Below, piece after piece: positions 35,716-45,888 of a stretch of 64,000 bases of DNA (position 1 is its first letter; every line of letters begins with the position of its first letter). The notes under the pieces are model-generated. The model ran no database searches and was not told the DNA's origin. It was given only the letters and a program-made list of their open reading frames with translations. This stretch comes from Macrostomum hystrix (lineage: Eukaryota > Animalia > Platyhelminthes): assembly GCA_950097015.1 (NCBI GenBank), contig CATNEN010000033.1:2294001-2358000 (forward strand), given 5' to 3'. Both the position numbers and the translations under genes were made by a program.

Positions 35716-36525
35716 CCCTTTGACAACAGGCTCTGATCCGCTCTGAGAACTGGCTCTGATCCCCTTTGAGAACTGACTCTGATCCCCTTTGACAACAGGC
35801 TCTGATCCCCTTTGACAACTGGCTCTGATCCCCTCTGAGAACTGGCTCTGATCCCCTTTGACAACAGGCTCTGATCCCCTTTGACAACAGGCTCTGATCC
35901 CCTTTGACAACTGGCTCTAATCCCCTCTGAGAACTGGCTCTGATCCCCTCTGAGAACTGGCTCTGATCCCCTTTGACAACTGGCTCTGATCCCCTCTGAG
36001 AACTGGCTCTGATCCCCTCTGAGAACTGGCTCTGATCCCCTCTGAGAACTGGCTCTGATCCCCTTTGAGAACTGGCTCTGATCCCCTTTGACAACAGGCT
36101 CTGATCCCCTCTGAGAACTGGCTCTGATCCCCTCCGAGAACTGGCTCTGATCCCCTCTGAGAACTGGCTCTAATCCCCTTTGAGAACTGGCTCTGATCCC
36201 GTTTGAGAACTGGCTCTGATCCCCTTTGAGAACTGGCTCTGATCCCCTTTGACAACTGGCTCTGATCCCCTTTGACAACTGGCTCTGATTCCCTCTGAGA
36301 ACTGGCTCTGATTCCCTCTGAGAACTGGCTCTGATTCCCTCTGAGAACTGGCTCTGATCCCCTTTGACAACTGGCTCTAATCCCCTCTGAGAACTGGCTC
36401 TGATCCCCTCCGAGAACTGGCTCTGATCCCCTCTGAGAACTGGCTCTGATCCCCTTTGACAACTGGCTCTGATCCCCTCTGAGAACTGGCTCTGATCCCC
36501 TCTGAGAACTGGCTCTGATCCCTTG
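35716..36525 (+). repeat. 23-bp minisatellite, array 2, same unit and orientation as 33918-34145
   Basis: About 35 units. Confidence 0.92.
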
Positions 36526-36890
36526 CTAAAACCTAACTTCAGCCTAATGCTTAGACTTCTGTTCATACCAAATGATCAGTACATTAATCGGTACTAAGGG
36601 TTTGTCTACCGAGACAGTGAAGTTAAGGGCGTTGCTTTTCTTTACCTTTTCGTCGTCTGCCTTTTAGCTCGTCTTCTGCAGACCAAACTGAAGTTTTAGA
36701 TATTTTAAAGGTGAGTAGACCAGGCTATTTTCTTTTTCGTTGGCATGTGCTTGCTTGTGCTTATCGCCTGCATGCAATTGCACAAATGTTTCATATGGAG
36801 TGTTACATTTTAACTGCCTATTTATATAGCTTACGTTCTTCAGTCATAGTTGCTTGCTTCAATTTTCTAAAAGAAAGACTGATTTCTGGG

Positions 36891-37760
36891 ATGGACCTGG
36901 CAGCTCTCTGTCTGCTACTCTGCTGTCTGTGCCTGGCTAATGTCTGCGGACACTCAGCCAACTGGATCGTCTGCGGCCCCGGCCGCTGGTGGGACTCCGG
37001 ACAGCGACAGTGTCTGCTGTGCACCGAGTCAGACAAGGCCAGCATCGAGGAGTGCCGAGACAGCGCTGACCGCTCCAGCACTGGTGGAAGGTCGACAACA
37101 GGCACCGCCGCAGGAACCGCTGAGCCAAATAGTGCTTCACCGACTGACAGAAGTGCAGTCATTTCGGTCACTGTACCTTTAGTAGTCTTACTGGTTATTG
37201 CTTTTGGATTAACGATTTTGTACTTTTGGTGTAAGCGTCATGCCCAGGAGCCCCAGGCCCTTCCGGAAGCTGTGTCATTGATAGCTGTCAATGTTAATGT
37301 TGCTAATCCTAATGACGCTAATGCTAATGACGTTAATCCAAATGAGGCTAATGCTAATGACGCTGATCCAAATGACGCTAATGCTATTTACGCTAATCCA
37401 AACGACACAAATCTTAATGATGCTAATAATAATGACGCTAATGCTATTTACGCTAATCCAAACGACACAAATCTTAATGACGCTAATCATAATGACGCTA
37501 ATCATAATGACGCTAATGCTATTGAAGCTAATCCTAATTACGCTAATCCTAATGACGCTAATACTAATGACGCTAATCCTAATGTCGCTAATCCTAACGA
37601 CGCTAATACTATAAATGACGCTAATGCTATTGAAGCTAATCCTAATTACGCTAATCCTAATTACGCTAATGCTAATACTAGTAGTAGGGGTTCTCAACCA
37701 GAGACCAGAGGTGACCGAATGACGCGATGGCCTGACACGCATCCAGTTTATCCGAGCTGA
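36891..37760 (+). CDS. Receptor-like gene B: signal peptide, 4-Cys mini-CRD, TM, Asn/Ala/Asp-repeat tail with YANP motifs (289 aa)
   Basis: The ATG at 36891 opens a hydrophobic leader (MDLAALCLLLCCLCLANVCG). The CRD is shared with gene A; TM is VISVTVPLVVLLVIAFGLTILYFW. Confidence 0.8.
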   Translation: MDLAALCLLLCCLCLANVCGHSANWIVCGPGRWWDSGQRQCLLCTESDKASIEECRDSADRSSTGGRSTTGTAAGTAEPNSASPTDRSAVISVTVPLVVLLVIAFGLTILYFWCKRHAQEPQALPEAVSLIAVNVNVANPNDANANDVNPNEANANDADPNDANAIYANPNDTNLNDANNNDANAIYANPNDTNLNDANHNDANHNDANAIEANPNYANPNDANTNDANPNVANPNDANTINDANAIEANPNYANPNYANANTSSRGSQPETRGDRMTRWPDTHPVYPS

Positions 37761-38651
37761 GTTACATCTAACTCACTTAGCGATGTTAGCCTGTAAAAAC
37801 TCGAAACACATTTTGAGACAGAATTTCGACTATTTGGCTTTTTCACAGAACAAATTTGTAAAAAAATTATATTTAGTCATGTGATAACATTTTCTCTATA
37901 CAAATACACTTTGACAGGCTATCCTAATCGCCGTAGCAAAGTAATGCAGTGAGTAGTAAAATGTGCAAGTTGTTCAACGCGCAACTCAAAGTAATATTAC
38001 AAGAAAACCGAAGCTTTTATTGCTAATCTATTTTTTGGAATGTGTCATGATGACTAATATGCTATTTTTATAAACAAAGTCATGTGACTTAAAACCGGAG
38101 AACTCGTTCTCAACAGCTGTATTACTCATACTCCAATATATGGTAATGCTCACTTGAAAAACTCCAAAACGCAGCTAAACAAACAAGTTTGACCTAATTT
38201 GACAGATTGACAAATTGTGCAAATATGTATGCACTAATTAAACACCCGGTCCTAAACCGGTTTTCCGTTAAAATACAAGTTAAAATCTGAGCTGAAAAGT
38301 CAGGCTCGGAGCGGTCCACCGACTTCAAAACAGCTTTAAGAATACTCATTAGAAGAGGGAAAGACAAGAGGTAACAAGAGGTAAGCGCTTTACTAGACAG
38401 AGTTAGTTATTGCTAGCAATCGTTGTTGAAGTGAACTAAGTTTACGAGTGCCGCATACCGTCGATACATTTGAGAAAGGCCTCCTTGTTTCCTAGAATAC
38501 ATTCCTAGTGGATTATTGATTGATTGATTTGAGTTATCCGTTATCTTTCGGAGGTAACAAAGAAGACGCCCTTCAGGAGGACCTATCAGAGAGACACAAG
38601 GAGGACCTACGAGTATTATAGGGAGTTTTGTGTGCCTGATCAACACACAAT

Positions 38652-39120
38652 AGTCTGTGAGTTTGATGGGATAGTCTGTGAGTTTGATGGGATAATCTGT
38701 GTGTTTGATGGGATAATCTGTGAGTTTGATGGGATAGTCTGTGAGTTTGATGGGATAATCTGTGTGTTTGATGGGATAATCTGTGAGTTTGATGGGATAG
38801 TCTGTGAGTTTGATGGGATAGTCTGTGAGTTTGATGGGATAATCTGTGTGTTTGATGGGATAATCTGTGAGTTTGATGGGATAGTCTGTGAGTTTGATGG
38901 GATAGTCTGTGAGTTTGATGGGATAATCTGTGTGTTTGATGGGATAATCTGTGAGTTTGATGGGATAGTCTGTGAGTTTGATGGGATAATCTGTGTGTTT
39001 GATGGGATAATCTGTGAGTTTGATGGGATAATCTGTGAATTTTTTGGGATAATCTGTGAGTTGGATGGAATAATCTGTGATTTGGATTGGATAATCTGTG
39101 TTTGATTGGATAATCTGTCA
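38652..39120. repeat. 21-bp minisatellite (TCTGTGAGTTTGATGGGATAA)n
   Basis: About 22 units. Confidence 0.92.
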
Positions 39121-39203
39121 GTTTAAAGGCCATGGTGTTCGATAAATATCGATAAAGCAGTGTTGTATGAAAGTGTCATTAGTGTTCTCATGGAGCATAT
39201 ATT

Positions 39204-39578
39204 GTGTGTAAAGCAGGCCGATGCAGACACGTGTCTACCGCAGAATCTGCGCCCCTCAGACCTCGAATTCCCAGCCATTCTATCCTCCGCGGCTGCCACA
39301 GCCCCCACTCGCCAATGAGCTTTGCCATGGCGCGCCTGACACCCTCAACGAACTCGTCCGCTCTCAGTGGGCAGAGCGCGCGGGCAGCCTCCCTCACCGC
39401 CGGCCGCTCCTGGCAAGAACCGATTTTCCGAGCCCGTCATCAGTCGCTGACTGCCAGCCTCGCGGAGCTCAGTGACGTCGCCAGGCTGCACTCTGCCGCA
39501 ACCCCAGAGTCAGCCGCCTTTTTTACCTGTCTGCCGAGCAGCCGCGAGGACACGCGCCTTTCAGACATTGAGCTGTGC
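39204..39578 (+). mobile_element. Degenerate non-LTR retrotransposon fragment (CRE-clade-like region C-terminal to RT)
   Basis: The peptide RSWQEPIF...DVARLHSAATPESAAFFTCLPSS...TRLSDIEL resembles the recalled W.EP...ARL.....ESG.WL..LPS...G..L motif of CRE-like elements. Isolated GC-rich patch with no RT core. Confidence 0.55.
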
Positions 39579-39927
39579 ATAAATTTTCTTATATTTTCTT
39601 TTGTATTGTTGTGTATTTTTTATATACGAGCAATATTAACAATGCACATGTCAATAGGGTGTAGATTTTTATTACATTTTGCATTAAAATAAACTAAAAA
39701 ACACGTTATTGCCTCAGGACAGTTGCTGCCTTTTCTGTGTCATCTTTACGAGCTCGTAGATAATAAAACTTGCAGGTGTTTCTGTTGCTAAGGTACTTAT
39801 GTATCTTCTCTACTTGAAGATTTCCCTAGTTGCAATGTACATCATTTCGAATTTGCTTGTGATAAAGACGTCATTGATACGCTCATACAATGTACGCACG
39901 TCATTGGTGGCTCCACCTCGAGCAGCC

Positions 39928-39934
39928 TATAAAA
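39928..39934 (+). promoter_or_regulatory. TATA box candidate upstream of gene C
   Basis: TATAAAA 200 bp upstream of the ATG, with a reverse CCAAT (ATTGG) at ~39903. Confidence 0.4.
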
Positions 39935-40127
39935 AGTCTTCTTTTAACATACGCTCACATTTCTATTTCTAAACATTATCTTCTAGGCTATTTACGAGCT
40001 CGCAAAATACTACAATAAAGCATTGTATCATTGAGCAAAAGCATTTTGCATACAATAACAGGTACAAAAGCTATTCAGCGTTTAAGCACCTCATCATCAA
40101 GATCAAGAAATTTTCTTAAGCGCTGCA

Positions 40128-40847
40128 ATGTTTTTCAGAACATTCTTCTGGACTGCCATCAGTCTCGTCTTCATCGCCAGCACACTGGAACAGGTTTCAG
40201 CTAGTGGCGATGTCGCCTGCGATAGACCGGGAATGTTCTTCGACTCGCACCAGCATAAGTGTGTCGCCTGTCCGCAGCCATCTTTGGATCAGCAGCATAA
40301 TCAGTTCTACCTGGCTGTCTGCGCGGAGCATCCAGTTTGCTGCTTCACCAACTCCGGTGTGACGGTTGAGCAGCCTGTCCTACCAACGAAACCGGAAGCG
40401 CCGGAGGCACCGGAGGCACCGGATGCTCCCAGATCAACAGCTGATACACCAATCGGGTCAACCGTAGGTCCGCAGACAGTAAACAGGATCACACAGTTTG
40501 TCATCGGGCTAGCTTTGGCAGTGATTGTTGCTTTTGTCGTGCTGGCCATTGTCATTTTCTGTGCCTGCAGCAGCAAGCATGCCAAGAAACCAAGGCGGTG
40601 TGGCGACTTAGAAAGCGGAGAACCTGGAGACCCGCAGACCTCCGTTGGCTCCCCAGCAGCTGTCGACAGTCGAGACGCGGACAGGAGGTCTCTGCTGTCA
40701 GCTGGTCCGCCCGCTGTGGACTCTTCCAGTCGAGCGCGCACGGTTGCCAACGGGTTGGTCTATGATCCTCTACGTCCACACAATGCGCACTCAGCCGATG
40801 GGACTGTGAATTCTATTTATGATGATCCTGATGAAGCTCTATCTTAG
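40128..40847 (+). CDS. Receptor-like gene C: signal peptide, 6-Cys mini-CRD, P/T stalk, TM, Tyr-motif tail (239 aa)
   Basis: Contains CDRPGMFFDSHQHKCVAC...VCAEHPVCC, TM FVIGLALAVIVAFVVLAIVIFC and tail ...LVYDP...SIYDDP. TATAAAA lies at 39928-39934. Confidence 0.82.
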   Translation: MFFRTFFWTAISLVFIASTLEQVSASGDVACDRPGMFFDSHQHKCVACPQPSLDQQHNQFYLAVCAEHPVCCFTNSGVTVEQPVLPTKPEAPEAPEAPDAPRSTADTPIGSTVGPQTVNRITQFVIGLALAVIVAFVVLAIVIFCACSSKHAKKPRRCGDLESGEPGDPQTSVGSPAAVDSRDADRRSLLSAGPPAVDSSSRARTVANGLVYDPLRPHNAHSADGTVNSIYDDPDEALS

Positions 40848-41240
40848 TATCAACTTTTTGCCCTAAGCGTTTTGTAAATTCACATTGAATAGCGCAATTA
40901 CTGATGGCATTGGTACCAAGGCTTCTTCAATAAAAATGTTTTTAATTAAAATGAATGTTACTCATACATTTTTAATCGTGCGAGATTTACAGTAATTGCC
41001 ACAGAATGGGATGCTTTCTTCTTCTATAATAAATAATATATTCTTCACTTCATGTTTATAGAGTTCAAAGTAATTAAATTAATCAAAAAAGAGAAGTGAG
41101 GTGAGCTGCTTTCTCAGTTAAGACAAAAGATTCTGTTCTAAGCGACTGAGATCATATTTTTTTCTGGCAGTTTTGTTTTAGGCGCATGCGTAAATGACAG
41201 ATTCCCATAAATTATTTGGGGGCCTAATTTTAAACTGCGC

Positions 41241-41248
41241 TGACGTCA
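41241..41248. promoter_or_regulatory. CRE/ATF palindrome TGACGTCA upstream of gene D
   Basis: Exact 8-bp palindrome ~170 bp before the ATG, with TATATTAAA at ~41318. Could be a chance match. Confidence 0.3.
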
Positions 41249-41411
41249 CTAGGAAATAAACTTTCAAGTCTTCGCGAATGTCTATTTTTAGCTCATTCAG
41301 AAATACTGATATACTCCTATATTAAAGGAGCATATTAGAGCATATATACTCGTAAAAGCAGTGTCAACTTTCGCTAGTAAATTTTTTAGACGTTGAAACC
41401 AAGTATTAAAT

Positions 41412-42146
41412 ATGTGTCATCACAGCATCTGCAGCATCGGAATTCTCCTGACGCTGATTGTCAATGGTGCTTCGGCGCACACTTCAGCTACGAAGGAACT
41501 CGAGTGCGCCGCTGAAGGAAAGTTATTCGATCCAAATACGGACGTCTGCGTTGACTGCCCTTTGCCCTCCTCGGAGCTCCAGCAGATGTTGTTCTATCAG
41601 AGAGCATGTGACATGCATCCAATTTGCTGCCTTCCTGGCTTCACAGAGAAGCCTGAGCAGCCCACCCAGAGCATTGCTACAGAGTCGACAGAGACATTGG
41701 AAGGCACGTCACCTGTTACATCGATTCGACCAACCCCGAGTACCAAGGAGAATCGTGCAGCTCTTGCTCCCGTCACAGTAGCTGTCACACTGCTGGTCTT
41801 AGTCATCAGTGTGACCGTGTTTTGCGCTGTCCTAATCGTCAAAGCTTGCAAGAACAGGTCCAAACAAGCGAGTGACGTTGAGAACGGCAGGTGGGTAGCC
41901 GAAAGCACCGGTGGAAGTAGACTTGCGACTCCGGAACCAAGCGAGGTGAGTTTTGTGTCCACACAGGATGCGGACGGGCCATTGCTAGCCAGTCAGCGGG
42001 CTGACAGAGCAGCTTCTAGCCCACCTGAAATGGTTGCCAATCTGCTTGTTTACAACAATGATCCAGATGGACATCAGCATATGCATGTTTATTCGGACAG
42101 TACACAGGACTCACAGACATATGAAACCTTGGATTCGAACTATTAA
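41412..42146 (+). CDS. Receptor-like gene D: signal peptide, 6-Cys mini-CRD, T-rich stalk, TM, Tyr-motif tail (244 aa)
   Basis: Contains CAAEGKLFDPNTDVCVDC...ACDMHPICC, TM VTVAVTLLVLVISVTVFCAVLIV and tail ...LVYNN...TYETL. Paralog of gene C. Confidence 0.82.
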   Translation: MCHHSICSIGILLTLIVNGASAHTSATKELECAAEGKLFDPNTDVCVDCPLPSSELQQMLFYQRACDMHPICCLPGFTEKPEQPTQSIATESTETLEGTSPVTSIRPTPSTKENRAALAPVTVAVTLLVLVISVTVFCAVLIVKACKNRSKQASDVENGRWVAESTGGSRLATPEPSEVSFVSTQDADGPLLASQRADRAASSPPEMVANLLVYNNDPDGHQHMHVYSDSTQDSQTYETLDSNY

Positions 42147-42565
42147 TGCATTTTTATTTAAGTTTACCACCCGCGAAATCTAACTTCGTAAGAATCGAGG
42201 GAGTCACTTCTGTTTTTTTCTTTTTGTTTACATATTTTATTGTAGCAATGAGCCGCTTATTCAGCTTTTAAATGCTTAATTTCCGTCTGGGACACAGAAA
42301 ATTACACAAGATTGTGCTCAAGTCCCCTTTCGGATTGACTTTTGAACTATACCTTCTAACCATCTACCTTCTACCTTCTAACAACCCCTAGCAGTACAGT
42401 GATATGCACACACTCTGAATACGCTAGTTTAGTTCCAAGTTGGAGTGTACAGTTGGTCAGCGTACTCAGTCTCACATTTGTGCGAGTGCGAGCTGGGATG
42501 CCATTTTAAAGACGTAAAACTCTGAGAATTAAAATTTTTTTTAGCCAAGAAAGCTGGGTTAATAC

Positions 42566-43377
42566 AGCAATCCACTACAGCTATAGCTTGCACAGCAATC
42601 CACTACAGCTATAGCTTGCACAGCAATCCACTACAGCTATAGCTTGCACAGCAATCCACTACAGCTATAGCTTGCACAGCAATCCACTACAGCAATAGCT
42701 CGCACAGCAATCCACTACAGCTATAGCTCGCACAGCAATCCACTACAGCTATAGCTTGCACAGCAATCCACTGCAGCTATAGCTCGCACAGCAATCCACT
42801 GCAGCTATAGCTCGCACAGCAATCCACTGCAGCAATAGCTCGCACAGCAATCCACTACAGCTATAGCTTGCACAGCAATCCACTACAGCTATAGCTCGCA
42901 CAGCAATCCACTACAGCTATAGCTTGCACAGCAATCCACTACAGCTATAGCTCGCACAGCAATCCACTACAGCAATAGCTCGCACAGCAATCCACTACAG
43001 CTATAGCTCGCACAGCAATACACTACAGCAATAGCTCGCACAGCAATCCACTACAGCTATAGCTCGCACAGCAATCCACTACAGCAATAGCTTGCACAGC
43101 AATCCACTGCAGCTATAGCTCGCACAGCAATCCACTACAGCTATAGCTCGCACAGCAATCCACTACAGCAATAGCTCGCACAGCAATCCACTACAGCTAT
43201 AGCTCGCACAGCAATCCACTACAGCTATAGCTCGCACAGCAATCCACTACAGCTATAGCTCGCACAGCAATACACTACAGCAATAGCTCGCACAGCAATC
43301 CACTACAGCTATAGCTCGCACAGCAATCCACTACAGCTATAGCTCGCACAGCAATCCACTACAGCTATAGCTCGCAA
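42566..43377. repeat. 28-bp minisatellite (CACAGCAATCCACTACAGCTATAGCTCG)n
   Basis: About 29 units ending ~15 bp before the gene E ATG. Confidence 0.92.
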
Positions 43378-43391
43378 TTAGTAGAGTCAGC

Positions 43392-44087
43392 ATGGCGGCA
43401 TCAAAGAGTGCCTGCTTGGTCATCGCGTGTCTCTCAGTTCTCCTCCAACCGCTGTACGTCACCAGCTCGCTGCCATCCGAATGTCCGGACAGAATGGTGT
43501 TCGACCCGCACGTCCATCAGTGCGTAGTTGAACGCCTTCCAGCAGGAAGCGACAGACCAATGGAGCCAGAATCGCTTACCACTACTCATGGCCTGGATGT
43601 CATTGGAAACTCTCTGCTCACGAATGCGTCGTCAGTTATCAACAAAACCAATGTCTATGGGAATGCGAATGAAAACTATGAACCAACAGTCCGAGTGATC
43701 GTGGTAGTCATTTGTTCAGTTTTTGGACTGCTCGTCCCGCTGATAGCATTCTCCGCCTTGCTATCTTGGCTCCTGGGACGCGAATTTCATTGCAGAAAGC
43801 TTCTACGAAATAATAAAGCGATTGCTTCTGTCGCGCAAGATGTGGAAGCAAGCTTCGGTGCTACTGTCGATGGCGATACCGTCCGAGGTGACGTCAACGG
43901 AGGACAGGGCAGAAGTTTCAACAATAGCCGTCCCGAAAGGCCGCTTCCGGATATTCCTCAGGAAGACGGGGACGTGGGAACGCCGCTGCTGCCAGGAGGA
44001 AGCCTACCGATTAGCGACGGCAGCCAAGTCTTCGATCGCATCCCACAGAGGCTAGCTGAATACTCTGGATTAAGTATGGACTCCTGA
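43392..44087 (+). CDS. Receptor-like gene E: signal peptide, 2-Cys hairpin, TM, Pro/Tyr-motif tail (231 aa)
   Basis: Contains CPDRMVFDPHVHQC, TM VIVVVICSVFGLLVPLIAFSALLSWLL and tail RPLPDIP...YSGL. Confidence 0.78.
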   Translation: MAASKSACLVIACLSVLLQPLYVTSSLPSECPDRMVFDPHVHQCVVERLPAGSDRPMEPESLTTTHGLDVIGNSLLTNASSVINKTNVYGNANENYEPTVRVIVVVICSVFGLLVPLIAFSALLSWLLGREFHCRKLLRNNKAIASVAQDVEASFGATVDGDTVRGDVNGGQGRSFNNSRPERPLPDIPQEDGDVGTPLLPGGSLPISDGSQVFDRIPQRLAEYSGLSMDS

Positions 44088-44204
44088 TTGTACATGTAGA
44101 TATTTCGCTTGCTTTCTTCCGAATTTAATAGAGTATCAAGCTACAAAGCATAAGTCTTTGAAATACATTACATAAAAAATAACAGAAACAGTGAACTTTC
44201 CAGG

Positions 44205-44412
44205 GGGCTGTGGGCTCTGTCATTAAACAGACAGTGGGCGAAAGGGGGAGCGCAACCAGCGAGGGGCGATTCTGCCCGTTCTGCTGACTCCTGAGCACAC
44301 GTGCACTTTCTCATCGTCAGGCAGTGTACACTCTCACTGTGACTTGGAGTTTGGCCTTCTCTCTGTGGCTGCGCCCTAAATGATTGTGCCCTGGTCGTGA
44401 AATCGAGCTCTT
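44205..44412 (+). repeat. Dispersed ~210-250 bp element, copy 1
   Basis: Shares the blocks GGGCTGTGGGC, CTCCTGAGCACAC, TCAGGCAGTGT, GTGGCTGCGCC and AATCGAGCTC with copies 2 and 3. Confidence 0.75.
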
Positions 44413-44924
44413 TATCTATCTATCTGCAGGGGGCCCGGGGCACTTGTCACACAAGCGACGGAGCGGCACGCCCCCAGACCGGCGAACTAGGCGCTTTAGC
44501 GCCCATCGCGCCGCCTCCCCTGCCCTGAGCAGGCACCACACACAGCAGCACAGACCAGCCGGGGAGGGCAGGAGGCACCCAGAATAGGCAGCAGTGTCCC
44601 CCACCCCCGCCTCACACGCACAAGCAGACCAAGCCGGGGCGAAAGGCTGATAAGAAATCAGTCCTCAGGGGGGCCAGGTGATGAGTGTACACTTATCCAA
44701 TCGCGCTGACGGAATTCCAGAGAGCGCGCGGCGATGTACACCCGCCCTCCAGCCACCCCCCGCAAGGTCTAACGCCCCAGCGCCAACGCACAAACTCATA
44801 CAACGCAGAACAGGCACACAGAAGGTAGGAGCGAAGCTATTATTTCAAGCTTTGCACGAAATATGGTGCACCTCCGCCGGTCGCTACTGTCCAAACCCCC
44901 CAACAAGTCCCGAAATTAATCGTG

Positions 44925-44996
44925 ACTTGAAGGGTGAATCGAACTAGCGTCCTTTGGAGTGCGAGGCAGCGACGTTAGCCGCTGACCCACTCGCCC
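44925..44996 (-). mobile_element. tRNA-derived (SINE-like) Pol III head
   Basis: Minus strand has an A-box-like TGGGTCAGCGG (44989-44979) and a B-box GTTCGATTC (44944-44936) at tRNA spacing. It does not fold into a clean cloverleaf. Confidence 0.55.
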
Positions 44997-45747
44997 CCGA
45001 AATCGAGCTCAGTGACATTGGTCTAACCGCTCTTCCAAATATTCAAATAGAGTGACTTCTACTCTATTCTCTGAAGCTTGTCTTTTGCGTGAGGCCTAAC
45101 GAAATGTAATTAGAAAAAACTGTTTATGTTCGCCATTTCTTTTAGAATTTTTAATGGTTTTATTTTTAATGAAAGCTGATGAAATACTCGTGCCTGTACA
45201 TGGAACTGACGGTGAATAGCCGATGATGTCATCCTACTATAAGTGGCTGCACAAGGTACTACTAAGATAAAAAAATAATTAAAAAAATGAATCAAACCTG
45301 GGCATTTCCTCGCACTATATATACCTGTTACGTTTAGTTACTTTCGAGCGTGCTATATACTTGTAAAATTCTGCTTCAGGTAAAGGGAAATTGAACTGGA
45401 ATTAAATATATATATTGTGAGTACATTTTATGCAATTACTAAAGAAAACACTAGTAAACTTTTGTAAAATTGGCTTTAAGTTTTTTGTCACGATTATTTT
45501 ATTTTTTTAATATTATATTATATGCTATTTATAGTAGCTGCACAAAATATATAATAGCATTCTCTGTTGGGTTCTAGCTTTCATAAACCCGAAATGTCAC
45601 AAAGAAAGAAAGTGTCTTTCAGCATTCTTGATTCTTTCATCATTCTTCATCATCATTTCATGATTCTTTCAACATTGTGAAAATTCGGGTCTGTGAAACG
45701 ACTCACACTGCAAGCACCACAGTGCCAGCTGAGGGCCATTTTGAGCC

Positions 45748-45888
45748 TTCAGCCTGATGGAATTGGCCTCTTCAGCCTGATGGAATTGGCCTCTTCAGCC
45801 TGATGGAATTGGCCTCTTCAGCCTGATGGAATTGGCCTCTTCAGCCTGATGGAACTGGCCTCTTTAGCCTGATGGAACTGGCCTCTTC
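45748..45888. repeat. 23-bp minisatellite (TTCAGCCTGATGGAATTGGCCTC)n
   Basis: About 6 units. Confidence 0.85.

Noticed and set aside
44288-44332. Hammerhead-like core CUGACGA-UGA-GAAA with a palindromic GUGCACGUGUGC on the minus strand (variants in copies 2 and 3)
   Set aside because: No stem I can be formed next to an NUH site in any copy. Copy 2 shortens the core and copy 3 folds as a plain hairpin, so this is not supportable as a ribozyme without a covariance search.
44925-44996. Functional tRNA gene
   Set aside because: A and B boxes are present but the acceptor and anticodon stems do not pair; reported as a SINE-like head instead.
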